Assembly (NCBI RefSeq): GCF_964213995.1
Contig: NC_135804.1
Location: 38,564,001 to 38,628,000 of the forward strand
DNA from: Mustelus asterias
Taxonomy: Eukaryota
Direction of reading: 5' to 3'
DNA: 64,000 bases
A program made the position numbers and the translations under genes. Of this stretch, positions 1 through 13,411 are shown in pieces. The number at the start of each line of letters is the position of its first letter. Position 1 is the stretch's first letter. The notes under the pieces are model-generated. The model searched no databases, had not been told where the DNA came from, and saw only the letters and a program-made list of their open reading frames with translations.

Positions 1-610
1 TGGAGGAATGCAACATTGGACTCATGTGAAGCCATAACTCTTATTTTTATTGTGGTCTTGCTCTATACTCCTTTTTTTCCTTATTCCCTCTTTTTTTGTA
101 CGAGTGCAAAAGAGGCGAATTTTGCAAAACTCCTTCCCACATTTTATGTGTGCGTGAAATAAACCAACCCTCTTATTTTACCTCATCTCAGAGTTGCTGG
201 GGGGTTATTAATAGAGGATTAATAGAGGAATCCTCCAAACTGAAGGACTGGGGAAAATACGCCACCACTTATAAAGAGGGCAATCAGAAATCAAATACAC
301 CTTTCTGTTTTGTAATAAGTCTGCGGCGCAGAGGTCCCTTCACCAAAATCCCTTTTAGAGTGCTATCTGTTCGTAGTCTACTTCTGGGGGTGTCAGAAGA
401 ACTGATATTCCTGGTTAAGTACAAGGCAAAGACTCCCTGAATGGCTCATCAATTGGATCCTTAATCAGGGAATTCATACTCCAATAGGCCAACCTCAATG
501 ACCTGATTGGAGTCATTACATGTTTACAGATGGGTAGCGAGAGGATAAATCAGGGCTATTTATATTAGTCCCCCTCTTGCTGGTAACAAGGACAATATCC
601 TAAAACTTCA
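1..610. mobile_element. Possible LTR remnant(s)
   Basis: 241-610 bounded by TGAAG...CTTCA with a TATA-like tract near 560; 1-240 has AATAAA in an LTR-like context; no coding evidence. Confidence 0.3.
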
Positions 611-1429
611 TTTGGTATTCTCTCTCAGTTGCCAACTGGTCCAGCTATAGAATCTTACCCTCAAAATGTTTGGGATAGGGTTTTCTGCTGATTATTGAAT
701 AACTTCCACTCAGACCTCTCAGCCTAAAATAAACCTAATTGAATCATTTTAATTGTGCGACAAAGATGGAAGATGAGTATTTGCATTAAAAAACAAGGCT
801 CAAATTTTGTCTATATTTACTTGCAGAGACACATAATCGAGGATCAAATCAATTACCTGACCTAAAAGACTCTGAAATTTAGAGGAAAGTGTTTTATGCA
901 TGTAAGTACAATATGCCCAAATCTCCTCCATCTTTTGCTGTGCTGTCTATTGTTAACATTATGCAAACTCATCTCTGCCCAGGAAAGTGGTCTGATCTAC
1001 AAGCTACAGTGTTTCCTATATTCATGATTGCTCTGGGGCTCTCTTCAAATTATACTCAGATTTACAGGTGCAACTGGAAACCATCATATTTCCTTTTTTT
1101 GTTGTAGATTTTTGAGTTTTATGTTTACAGTCATCCTTGAGACTTGCATTGTATTTTCTGTTCCTTTGAATGCATTTTTATGGCATAAATTTGAGTAGAA
1201 TTAAAAATCAATCATCTTTACCAATTTCAGATTATAATCTGTATGAATGATGATGGTTAAATGAGTTGAACAAAACATCTCATACGGCACCTCAAATGAT
1301 GAGCATCTGGACCTTGAATGCCTAACACTCGTTTTGGGTACACACCAATCTTTTTCAGTTTTCATTACATTTCTGCAGCTTTTGGCATAGTCAACTATAC
1401 CAATCTGTTCCTCCTCCAATCACATACAA

Positions 1430-2585
1430 ATAAACATACAAATTAGTAGCAGCAATAGGCCACTTGGTCTTTTGAGCCTGCTCTTCTATTCAATGAGATC
1501 ATGGCTGATCTGATTATAACCTCAACTTCAGATTCCCACCTACCCTCGATAACTTTTCATCTCCTTGCTTATCAAGAAGCTATCAACCTCTGCCTTCAAA
1601 ATATTCAAATACCCTACTTCCACTGCCTTTTGAGGAAGAGAGTTCCAAAGACTCACAACCAACTGAAAGAAAAAAGTTCTCGTCTCTAAGTGGGCAAACC
1701 CTTATTTTCAAGTAGTGGTTCCTTGTACTAGATTCTTCCACAAGAGGAAACATCCTCTCCACACCAACCGTGTAAAGATGCCTTAAGATGTTTCAATCAG
1801 GTTGCCTTTATTTCTTCTAAACTCCAGCATACAGAAGTCTAGCCTGTCTAACCTTTCCTCATAAGACAACCTCACAATCCAGGTATTAGTTTACTAAACC
1901 TTCTCTGAACTGCTTCCAATGCGTATACATCTTTTTAAAATAATGATTCCAATATTGTACACAGTACTCTAGATGTGGTCTCACCAATGCCCTGCATAAC
2001 TGAAGCATAGCGTTCCTACTTTTCTATTCAGTTGCCCTCGCAATAAATTATAAACATTCTAATAGGATTACTTGCTGTACAGACATACTAGTCATTTACA
2101 AGAGGACCCCTAGATCCCTCTGTAATCTTTCACCATTTAGAAAATATGCTTTTTTAATTCTTCCTGCCAAAATGGACAATTCCACACGTTTCCATTTTAT
2201 TAGTGGCTTTTATCCATTCATTTAATCTATCTCTCTCCCTTTGTAGCCTCCTTGTGTCTGCTTTTTGCATATCTTTGTGTAATCAGCAAATTTAGCAACC
2301 ATACCTTTGGTCCCTTCATGCAAGTCATTCATATAAGTTGTAACAAGTTGAGGGCCCAGCACTGATCCCTGTGGCACATCGCCCATTAGATCTTGCCAAC
2401 AGGAAAAATATCCAATTGTGTTAATCCTGTGTTTCCTATTAGCTATCAAATCTTCTATTCATGCCAATATGTTACCCCCCTCACCACAAACTTTTATTTT
2501 TCACAATATCCTTTGATGTGGCACCTTGTCAAATGCCTTCTGGAAATCTAAATACAATACATCCACCAGTCCCCCTTTATCCATG
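1430..2585 (-). mobile_element. Degenerate CR1 LINE (RT and 3' end)
   Basis: ORF 2222..2449 DVPQGSVLGP...KFADYTKI; CR1-type 3' tail at ~1430-1520. Confidence 0.85.
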
Positions 2586-2599
2586 GCAAACAGTGTACA

Positions 2600-3808
2600 A
2601 CAAGAAAGCTGAGTATCAGCTTGGAGTTCGGTAAGTGGGATAATTTAAAGTGTCAATCTTGTTCTTAAAATTTGCAGGATCTGGCAAGTACTGTATACAT
2701 AGGTTAAGTCCTTTCTTTCTAGCAGTTTGGGCAGGGTAAACACCTCTCAGCAGTGGGAGCTGAGTAGTTAATTAGCTAACTAGTTTAATCTGGTTACTGT
2801 AGTCCCAGTTCAGTTTTTTATCAATTCAGTTCATGTAATGCAGCAAAAACAAATGGAGTCCAGCAAGAAGACTGAGTGCAAGCTTGAAGTTTGGTGACTG
2901 GGGGATTTCAGTGAAGGGGCAAAGGAGGTATTTGTTTCCCTTTGTTTTTTCTTTCTTTCTCTCCCTTTAGGACTGGTTCTTACTCTCCTACAGGGAAAGG
3001 ATCTAGTTGTTTGATGAGAATCTGGTAAGTGGGGAACTTGGTAGTGAAGTTAATAAAATATATTAAAAGCACCATAACTAAGTAAATGGCCTAATTAAAT
3101 AATTGTTAAAAACACATTAAGATAACAGGGCCAGTGATGTCCCAAGGCTGAAGCATCTGTGTGTTCCTGAATAACATTGTGATCCAGGAAAATACGTCTT
3201 GAGGAACTTTGACTCAGAGTCATTGAGCTGGAGATTGAACTGTAGACTCTGTGACACATAAGGGAGGGGGAAAGTTACCTAGCTGCTTTGTACCAGGAGG
3301 CAGTCCTGCCTCTTAGGATAGGGTCTTCTGATTTGGTCAGTGGTCAGGGACAGGAGAGTGTGACTGTGAGCAAGGCAGGTAAGGGGACCCAGAGGGCAAG
3401 AGTGCAGGAGTGTCAACTTCTGCAGTTGTCGGTTCTCTCAGCTTGTTTGGATGAGTGGGGGGTCACAGCATGGATGAGCTGACCAACTATAGCACCGCAG
3501 CACAGGAAGCAATTCAAATGGGTGGGGAGCACATAAGAATGTAGTGGTATTAGGGGACAGTATAGTGAGGGGGATTGACACTGTTCTCTATACCAAGGAG
3601 TGCCCAACAAACTTGATTGAATTTTTTGAGGTGATCAGGTGTGTAGATGAGGGTAGTGCAGTCAATGTAGTTTATATGGATTTCAGCAAAGCCTTTGACA
3701 AGGTCCCACGTGGAAGACTTGTAAAGGTGAATACACATGGAATGCAGGGTAACTTGATGAAGTGGATTCAAAATTGGCTCAGTTGTAGGAGACAGAGGGT
3801 GATGACTC
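2600..3808 (+). mobile_element. CR1 5'UTR/ORF1 (GDSL esterase motif) joined to an RT fragment
   Basis: VLGDSIVRGID followed directly by TNLIEFFE...YMDFSKAFDKVP in ORF 3544..3816. Confidence 0.75.
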
Positions 3809-4039
3809 CAGGATGATTTCTAGTATATGATGGTGGAATAACACAGCAGCATGTCTTTTATCTTCAGCAAGTTTACTCTACATCAAGCTCAATCGAGTAA
3901 AAATTCCTTATGAATCTTGCACAGCAATTGTTCCAGTTGTGTCCATTGAAACTATTTTGAAGGTTCAACCAATTATCACTTGTATTTAATAAGGCAATTT
4001 GCTTAACAACATAATTACCAAAGGATGCACTTGAATTTT

Positions 4040-4580
4040 CCAAGTATCCTGTCAATGTAAGACAATTAGGCAGAGTCAATGTGACTTTGTGTGAGGGAAA
4101 TCGTCTTTAACAATTTTATTGGAGTCCTTTAATGGAGTAGCATGGGCTGTGAATAAAGGGGAACTGGTGGATGTACAATACTTAGATTTCCAGAAAGCCT
4201 GTGATAAGTTGCCATATCAAAGGTTATTGCAGAAAATAAAACCTCATGGTGTAGAGGGATAACATGTTCGCATGGATTAAAGATTGGCTAGCTCACAGGA
4301 AACAGAGTTGGCACAAATAGGTCTTTTTCTAGTTGGAAGGATGTAATGAGTGGTGTGCCACAGAGATCAATGCTGGAGCCTCAACATTTTACAATTTATA
4401 TACATGATTTGGATAAAGGAATGAAGGTATGATTGCCAAATTTGCTGACAACACAAGGATAGGTAGGAAAGTAAATTGTGAAGATGACATAAGGAGGCTG
4501 CAAAAGGACATAGAAAGGTGGGTTAAGTGAGCAGGCAAAAATCTGGCAAATGGAGTACAAAGTGGGCAAGCATAAAATCA
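4040..4580 (+). mobile_element. Degenerate CR1 RT fragment
   Basis: LDFQKA, SGVPQ, KFADNT-like codons; KWQM-like motif. Confidence 0.75.
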
Positions 4581-4984
4581 TCTCTCTAATTTTATGTACC
4601 CTATGCCAATTTGCACATGGTTCAGCTTTGATTTCTGCTTTTTAATTTAGTGCGAGTTCCTAATACTCTCTATGCATAATCGCTTTTCTAGTTTTACCTA
4701 TATTGTCAATACCCACATGGGTCACAACAATTGGATCCCTCCCCTCCTTTTGCAAGTTCCTCTCCAGCCCAGAGCAGATGTCCCAAACCCTGATAGTGGG
4801 CAGGCAACACAACAATCTGAACTCTTACTCTTTGCTACAGAGAAAAGAGTCAATCCCCCTCACTATACTGTCCCCGACTTCCAGTTCATTCCTTTTGGCT
4901 CCCCCAATCTTGAATGGCTTTCAGTATCTTGGTGCCATGGTGACTTTCCTCAATAAAATCCACAGCAGCATGAAAGAGTTATTT

Positions 4985-5860
4985 GCATGTCCTAATTGGT
5001 TCCATCCTGCACTTAAATTCACCTTTGAAATGGAGCAGTCAAAGGAACTCCCTTTTCTTGACATACTAGTTAAGAAATGTCAAGGGGTTCTCTCCCACGG
5101 TCTATCATAAGCCTACCTTCATTGGTCAATACATGCATTGTGATTCTGACAGTTCCACAAGCTATAAAATTGCCAACATTGTAAATAGGGCTTAAGCCAT
5201 TTGCTCACCAAGGAAGCTTGATACTGAACTAGGATGCACCAAAGACATCTTGCAAGATAATGATTACCCTAGTCAGATCATTTTGTGTATTGTGCAAACC
5301 CGTGCAAAGGCCCAAGACCATTTTTTTTGGCCATGAAAAGTGCCTATTATACCTCAGATTACACTGGATAGGCAAGGTGTCTCGAACATTTGAGCAACAG
5401 TTGAAGCTCGCCATTTCACACTGCTACTATGCAGGAGCAACACAAGTGCTATTCACCATCAACAGGATATCACCGTCAACAAAAAGACACTGCCAATCAC
5501 ACAAATGAGTAATGTGATATCTAGATTTCAGTACAGTGTGATGCTAGGTACGTAGGTCGTATGTTCCAAAGATTGGTGGATTGTATCTCTCAGCTTGTCC
5601 CAACACTGTTCACAACAGGTAAGGTACAAACTGTACCCAACCAGTGCATGCTCACAAAACTCAAAACAATGTCCAACAATGGAAGTGATTCTGCAATTGG
5701 ACAAATTTGCGAAATAATCCTGAGTGCTAAAAATTATGCAGACAACCAATCTAAGATTGTCGGGCTTGCAGTGTGGCACATTCCCATGTACTAGAAACTA
5801 TATATATGTTAATACATAGGACTCTGTTCCTTACAGACAGAAGGAACATGTACACATGAA
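4985..5860 (+). mobile_element. Old Penelope-like element (RT C-term and GIY-YIG remnant)
   Basis: HPALKFTFEMEQSKELPFLDILV is the PLE RT signature; decayed YVG(R) endonuclease motif near 5545. Confidence 0.7.
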
Positions 5861-6039
5861 TAATTTCTTCTGCAAAATTATCTGGTATGGCATTATATAA
5901 TAACAAAAGGAGCAGGTTTAGGCCATTTTGCCATTCGAGCCTGTTCCACCGTTCATTAACATGGCTGATCTGAAATATTCAATGACTCAGCCTCCATTGC
6001 TCGCCAGAGTAGAGAAGTAGAAATACTTCATTTTGTACC

Positions 6040-6665
6040 CTAAAAGTGGCAACACAAGCGGCCACGGTGATTAAGAAAGCATATGGCATGCTTACCTTGA
6101 TCAGCTGAGGTGTTGAGTACAAGAGTTGAGAAATCATGTTGCAGCTATATAGAACCTTGGTTAGGCTGCATTTGGAGTATTGGTCACCACACTACCAGAA
6201 GGACGTGGACGCTTTGGAGAGAGTGCAAAAGGTTCACCAGGATGTTGTCTGATCTTGAGAATGTTGGCTACGAGGTTGAATAAACTAGGATTGTTTTCAC
6301 TGAAAAGATGGAGGCTGAGAGGAGAACTGATTGAGGTCGACAAAATAATGAGTCTTTTTCTAAGGGTGGAAGTGTCAATTACAAAAGGGCACAGGTTCAA
6401 GGTGAGAGGGGGAAAAGTTTAAGGGAGACGTGCGGGGGGGGGGGGGGTAATTTTTCACAGAGTGGTGGGTGCCTAGAATGCACTGTCAGAGGTGGTGGTG
6501 AAAGCAGGCACATTAGCAACATTTAAGAGGCATATGGATGGGGACATGAATAAGGAGGGAATAAAAGGATACGGATCAAGTGAGGGTTTTTTAAATAAAG
6601 GTCAGTTAGGGCATCATAATCGGCATAGTCTTGGAGGGCCGAAGGGCCTGTTCCGGTGCTTAACT
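6040..6665 (+). mobile_element. CR1 3' fragment
   Basis: LGLFSLKRWRLRGELIEV; TKGHRFKVRG; CR1 3' tail ggccgaagggcctgtt. Confidence 0.85.
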
Positions 6666-8414
6666 TTTCTTTAACTTCAGGAGATTCCTTATTGTGAAAC
6701 TCTCTCTAGCTCCAGATTCCCTACAAAGGAAAAATGTCCTTTTCAATCCCACTCTGTGAGATTTTCTCTGATATCGGCTCTTTATGCCTTTTAGTGTAGC
6801 ACTTAGTGCCAAACATTTGCATGCACAGGTACCATGCTGTACCACTGGCAGATAGTCTCTGATTCAACGGAAGAGGATGAATGGTCTCCATTCCACTGAG
6901 ACAACTTACTCTCATCATTCTCAGATCCATGGCACATCCATAAGGACTTTACTCGGTGCGAGATCAAGGGACACCAGCACTTGGTCTCCCACACATACCT
7001 TCATCTCCCCTGTGGGTTGTGACCTCATCCTATCTACAGCTCCACTCACCACCCATATGCCACATCATCTGGCCTGACAGGCATCCTGCTTACAGTCTCT
7101 CCATCTATCTTCATGCAGGACAAGCTGGCACATAACGAGAGGCATCCCAGACTGGTGGTGGGATGCTGAAACTGAAGGTCCTCATGGACATTAGTAGTTC
7201 TGCTGGCTGGTGAGGACATGAGCCGTCTGAAGGCAATGGTGAGTCAGTGGCAATAAACCAAGTGAGAACCCAGTACAGAGCATCCGTCTGATAACCATGC
7301 TGAGAGTGATGTCTCCTGTTTATCTGGGCCCTGCTATGCACTAATGACTTCTTTTCTTCTGTAGGCACATTGGGAAGCAGCCTTGGGGGTCCACCAACAA
7401 GGTCTGAGGCACCAGCTCAGAGAGCAGCACTAATACGTTTTCAGAACTCTCAATGGGAGACCTAGCACACTGCTCACTCACACCCTCCACCTGCAAAGAT
7501 GGGACCTAGTTTTCGAGCAGCCTTGGGGTCAAACTGGTGGACACATCACAACGTCCGATCCACAGCAGATGGAGGCAGGGACATTGCAGGGTGCTGGCAC
7601 ACTGGAGACCAGGAATCTGCTGAGTCAGAATCTGATGACAAGCCTCTGGACTCAGTCACACCACAATCGCTAGATCTCCAAAATCAAGCTTAGCAAAAGC
7701 AGGAAGGGATGCCTGTTGCACTCCTTGGATTGAAAGGTTGCATGGAGAAGTTACATCCGTCTTCAGTCTGAGGCGATTGCAATGATAGACCAACGCACTG
7801 AGGTCAACACTGGTAGGGTGGCAGCTGCAGTAAGAGACCTTGGTGCAAGACTTCTGTCCAGCATTGCTGCAGGACATGCACTCCATGATATAGGCACTCA
7901 CTGGGTTCCATCAATGCCAAAGGACAGCTGGACTTCTTAAGCTCACTCCAACTGCCCCTCTATCCCAAGGAGGAGAAAGCTAGGGGCCCTCAGGTCAGAG
8001 CATCAGTTGGTTTCCCCCCTCCGGGACCATCCACCCAGGTGACTCTAGTGTCCAGCCCGTTGGAATTCTCTCTTCCTGTATTACCTTTCAAACTAGTCAC
8101 AAATTCAGAATTAAAGAGGAACTGGGGCAACTATTTTAGCTATTATATATCAATGACTAATCATTTATGACTAAATTCACTGAAGGAACTTGACTAACGC
8201 AAGCATTAAATCTGCACTTCCATGCAGTCAGTGAAACAAAAATTAACATTCCTTCCAAGGACCTCAAAATTGTCAAGATGTGCAATGTGTTCTTATCTCA
8301 AATGCAGAAACTGGAAGAGCATTTAAAACACCACAGCTGGAACTTGAGAATCAAGAAAGATAAATTCAAAACATCAATCATATTGCACATCAATAAAAAT
8401 GAAGTTAAGAGCAA

Positions 8415-8712
8415 ATGCACAGTGGTTAGCAGTGCTCCCTCACAGCAAACAGGGGCTCGGGTTTGATTCCTGTCTTGGGTTACAGTGTAGAATTTGCACA
8501 TTATCCCAATGTCTGCATGGGTTTCCTCAGAGTGCTCGGATATCCTTGCACAGCCCAAAGATGTGCAGGTTAGGTGGATTAACCATGGTAAAGGCACAGG
8601 GTTACGGGATGGGGCAGATGGGAAGGCCTGGGTGGGATGTTCTTTTAGAGAGTGAGTGCAGACTCGATGGGCCAAATTGCCCTTTTCTATACTGTAGAGA
8701 TTCTATGGTTCT
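8415..8712 (+). mobile_element. HE1-like tRNA-derived SINE (CR1-type tail)
   Basis: gcacagtggttagc head; central gggtttcctc core; tail gactcgatgggcc...gattctatggttcta. Confidence 0.85.
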
Positions 8713-8843
8713 AAAGTATGAACTGTACAAAGGATCACAATGTTTTTTCCTCTTAAAGGCGCAGGAATTTGCTTTCAGTTCAATGCATTAGATCCAATAA
8801 TTTACATGTTCCAACAAATGCATTACAAAGAAAAAGGGAAACC

Positions 8844-8849
8844 TTTATT
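8844..8849 (-). terminator. Candidate polyadenylation signal of NCOA5-like gene
   Basis: AATAAA on minus strand ~800 nt after the stop, followed by T-rich sequence. Confidence 0.45.
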
Positions 8850-9653
8850 AAGTTCAAACACCTACTTATTCTTCAGTTGTTACAGAAGACATCCCTTTAA
8901 AATACTATCACATTGTAACACACTGAGAACTAAGGTTTCTGAAGTGATTGCGGGTTTTTCTCCCTCTTCCTGCAAAATAATTAGAAACTTCATTAACAGA
9001 GGTGTATATCAATACATTAAAGAAATTAATTACTTCAATTGGGATATACTGAACATATTGTTTCTCATCAAATCAACGCAGCACTGTTACAATGCTCAGT
9101 ACAAAAAAAGCAGTCAAGTGAACAGTTGTACAAATCTGGCCAAGATAATACTGTACGGTGATATTTACTCAATTTACTCCTGTTGATGTAATTGCTTTTA
9201 GCAACAGAAAGATCCGCATGTCAGAGTACTTTAAGTCTCCTTAAAAAAGTATCACCATACAATAAAATCTTTGAAAAAAAGTTCTCAAAACAGAATGGAG
9301 AAATCGTTAACAAGCATCTAACAAATGAAACAACCACCGCGAAAGATACATTTATCAAAGGTTTCTTCAACCCTTTCAAAACCATTCATGGCGACATTTA
9401 AAAGTTACAAAAAAATGGTCCTTATACATGACATTGGGCATACACCTTCAAAAGGAACTTGAACTTACAATGGGATCCTTCTAAAATGCTAAAATACTAC
9501 AGTTTAAAATTCAGTCTGAGACTATTCATCAAGGTGTTTGTGGTATTCGTTCGGTGTGGTGTCTTGTACTTCTGGTGCTCTTCAAACAACGTTGTGGATA
9601 TACAAACTTTTCTTCAAAGCAGGGTGAATTCTGATGCTTCAAGTGGTCACTCC

Positions 9654-9694
9654 TTACTGCAGCTGGAGTCTAGCACCTAGTTTTAACGGATGAC
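9654..9694 (-). CDS. NCOA5-like terminal coding exon (GHPLKLGARLQLQ*)
   Basis: ttttttctgttatag| acceptor; the phase-1 frame is the longest open one; followed by an AT-rich 3'UTR-like tract. Confidence 0.6.
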
Positions 9695-9819
9695 CTATAA
9701 CAGAAAAAATATTTACTTCCTGTACATGAATCTCCACACAATCAAGTTCATGCTGCATCATTTTACAATGCATTTTAAAAAGCAATAAAGGCTGAAGCAC
9801 AGGGCAAGTTCATTCATAA

Positions 9820-10455
9820 CATAACTAGGAGTACGCCATAAAACCCATCAATAATAATATACCCGATTTTGGATCTCCACTTCAATTACCATCCTCCATC
9901 CCCATATTCCTGGATTCCCTTAAAAATATCCATCAACCTCCATTGTGAATATACTTAATGACTGGCCATTTGCAGCAGCCTGGGTCAGAAAATTCCTAAC
10001 ATTCACAACCCTCGGTAAGAAAATGTCGCATCTCAATACGAATCATCTGGTGAACCTTCATTGCATCTCCTTGAAGGCAAGTATGCCCTTCCTTATGTAG
10101 AGAGACCAAAATGGCCCAGTATTTCAAAGGTGTGGTCTCACCAAAGGCCTATATAACTGCAGAAAGAACTTCTTTCTTACCCAAAAATTGCACTATATAA
10201 CATCCATTAACGTTATTTTCTATTCTTCCTACCAAAAAGAGCAATTTAATATTTTCCTCTTGTCACTCAATCTGTCCATCCTTTGCAGCCTCAATATTAT
10301 CCCCACAACTTACTTTCCCACCCAGCTTTATCAGCAGCAAACTTGGATACCTCAGTCCCCTCAGCAGTCATCAATATAGACAATAAATAGCAAAGACCAA
10401 GGCACTGATCCTTGCCAAACCCCACCAGTTACAGCCTACCAACTCAAAAATAACC
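9820..10455 (-). mobile_element. Highly decayed CR1 fragments
   Basis: gcactgatcc/cccacc (GSV-type) and 3' tail-like stretches as in 1430-2585. Confidence 0.55.
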
Positions 10456-11815
10456 AGTTTAATTTTGCAGTTTGCATCGTTGAGCATCCAAAAAAATCAG
10501 AATTATCAACATTGAATTTCTAAACAAATTATTGTCTCTGTAGCTATGCTTTGAGCTCTTTGTTTTACTGATTACTTCAGTCAGTTTCTGTATATTCCAA
10601 CACGCATCCAAGTGAACTCCATCTTTTGTTCCTTCCAGAAGCTCCATCTTTATTTATTTTTTCATTTGTTAATCCATTTATAGTTACCTTTACCTCATCA
10701 GTTGCTAATTCTAAAGATGTATTTTTCCTGCATCCTCAGCTTTTTTTTAAATAAACATAAAAGATGCATTTGCTTCAATTGTTCCTTCACTTCTTTCAAA
10801 TGAGCCCCTTTAAAGATGGAAAAATAGCTCCCAGCATTTGGTACACCTGAAGTAAAGATCATGGCCCAAATAATTCAGGTATCGAGATTATTGGATACAA
10901 GTTGGGAGATGGATGTCAGGACTCTGTGGAGATCCTGATACATACACATGCGCTGAAAGTTTCCTCGAGAAGTTTAAATTACTGATGGTCTGATTTCCAC
11001 TGCCCCAGAACCCACCGTGAATGTCTCAGACATTGAGCTGGATGCCAGAGCCTTCCAGGGTTCATACCTTAAGCTGGTTAATACCTAATTTAAGAGATGG
11101 GCCAGCATAACTCAGAGCACTAGGGCGGACTCCCCAAATCATCTCAACTCTAACCTGACTACGGACTCACTCACTGAAAGACTTGAAACATTAAAAACTT
11201 GCCCTAAATATGGCAGCTACTGTCATGGCAAGGGGGAAAAACGCCCTCTCTTTGCTCATCTTTTTCTTGCGCTCAGTCTTCCCCGTGGATGTCTGCACTG
11301 ACCCAACGATCCTTCAGCCAGAGCTGGATGTCCAGGCTGAAAAATTGCAAAAGGGTTGGATTGCAGAAATCTTCATAGGCAGCGTCAAGATGTGCATCGA
11401 CACTGACCAGCAGAAATTGGCCCATGTTAAATCTGATCATTCTGTAATATTCCTCCACAAGAATAAAAGATGTCATTTTCTGTTCCTTGTCAAGACATGG
11501 ATCAAATTAAAAAATTTACTGAAAGCCTACTTAGTAATATAGTCATTGAACAGAAAATAGATTATTATGTCATTTTTCAGCTGTTGAAAAGTTGCTGGTG
11601 TTGCTGAGTGAAAATATAGTTTTGAAGTAGTTCAGACAATTACCACAAAGTTGTGGATTTTTAACCACAACATGACAATACAGGAAACCATAAAGACATC
11701 CTTGAAATGTAATATCCTTGAAAAAATATGCTCAGAAAATGACAATGATAAAACGTAATATTCTGAAAATTTAGCAGAATGCTGAAGGCGAAGTAATTGG
11801 GAGAAAAATGCTAAC

Positions 11816-12004
11816 CTGGAGCAGGCAAAAGGGCCCTGATTGGCCGATCACCCAAAAGTGGAGGTTTTTTCTGAGAAAGAGGTGCATGACCCAAAAGGGG
11901 TGGCCTGCCTGGTGTTGGAAGGAGGGGTTTAGGCTTGCTGGTGGGTTGCGCAACAGCGCCAACATCATAGTAACCTTCAGTTCCAGTGGGTTGTTGAAGA
12001 GAAG
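11816..12004 (-). CDS. NCOA5-like coding exon 9 (189 nt, Pro-rich LLxxP repeats)
   Basis: ttttccag|...CAG|gttagc, phase 1-1; KPLLPTPGRPPLLGHAPLSQKKPPLLGDRPIRALLPAP. Confidence 0.8.
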
Positions 12005-12371
12005 CTGGAAAATAAAAGTTTAAATCATAGGTTTACACCCAATTTAAATCTTTTAAACACTAAATTCTACTTACTGCTGTTAATGTTTAATTCAAATTGC
12101 TGTATTTTGCACATTAACTTGATGTTATCAGCAGAATACACAAGTACAAAATCAGTAAGTTATTGTATAAATGAAGTACAATTTTTACAAGCACTACACA
12201 TCCAAGATTAGAATAGAAATTTAATGAAGTGAAGGTCCCAAAGTAGTTTCAATGTTCTTTTAGAAAGGAGCTGGACACATTAAAACAATGGAAATTGCAC
12301 TTATACAATGCAGCCTCTTCAAATTATCCATATAAAACATTGCACTAGAATCCTGAAATATGCTCACTTAC

Positions 12372-12437
12372 CTTCATGTGGCCATTGATAATTTTCAGTT
12401 CCCCCTTCCTGAAAGTTTTGCCAATTACTGTTTGCCT
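12372..12437 (-). CDS. NCOA5-like coding exon 8 (66 nt)
   Basis: ttgatag|...AAG|gtaagt, phase 1-1, open. Confidence 0.72.
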
Positions 12438-13411
12438 CTATCAAAACAAATTAATATTAAGTTTGCAACAATCATCAAAACTAACACAAGGCATAAAGCA
12501 CAGAAGTCAAGGCTCTAAATCAGTGATTCAAATCAAACTTCAATAAAAAACTATAGCAGGCATGCCCAAACTGTATCCCTAAAGCCACATATGGCCTGAC
12601 CCCTTGGCAGTCTGGATATCAAAGCTTACACAATAGAATCCTAATTGTGCTTATATTTCCCAGTTGTCGGGTTTCAATTTTGTGGTTTTGGAAGTTTTCA
12701 GTGTGGGTGGACAAATCCTAAAATCTAAATACAAGGTGTGTTAGTAAAAGCAACTCGAGATAAATGTAAATTTCTTGGAAAATGGATTTAAACTACATGA
12801 GTATTGAATGCAGTGCATGGTCCTCTCTTCAGTTTCTGACATGCACTTATCAGAAACAGAGACACCACCAGCAGCTGTCTACCACTGACCCATCCTTTGC
12901 AGGATTATCCCCATGAACAGTGAGCATGAAGCCAGTCTTCTTGTATTTGAAGCAGGCAATTGGATTGAATTAGGGATCTCAGAGCAGACCAATGTTTAGT
13001 GCCAAGGAAGAGGAGCCTGCACAATGAACCCGTTATTGTATTTTGAGCCTCAATGCCAAAGCAGGCAAGAGATTGTTACCGGCAATGATCAGAAAAACAA
13101 TCTGGCAGCTCCTTTAACGACATGGCACTGGTCAGTTGTAATCTTTAGAAATTCAACCATCTCTCAATGTATCTTACCCATGAGAGTTTTGAACAATGTT
13201 AACCAAAAAAGTGCTAAGCCATGATGCTATTTTCCATAAATGGCACATATGATAATCAATTTATACAATAGCTTGAAGTAGTTATAAACAGCATTTATAA
13301 TATTTAATAATGTTAGCAGTGAAATTATTTTCAATAGACAACTGCTGAGATTGAGTGGATTCCAGTAATATGGACTCGGTATGCAGACGGAATTATTAAT
13401 TCTTAACTAAC

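Noticed and set aside
6434-6447. Poly-G/poly-C runs (also ~15445, 17241, 28959, 54025)
   Set aside because: Simple homopolymers, common and prone to sequencing error
6740-8090. GC-richer block, possibly a decayed DNA transposon (Harbinger-like) or exon cluster
   Set aside because: No intact motif or consistent splice pattern that I can support
8415-8480. tRNA-like sequences at SINE heads (also 18624, 54403, 59423, 60541)
   Set aside because: A/B-box-bearing SINE heads continuing into SINE bodies, not complete tRNA genes
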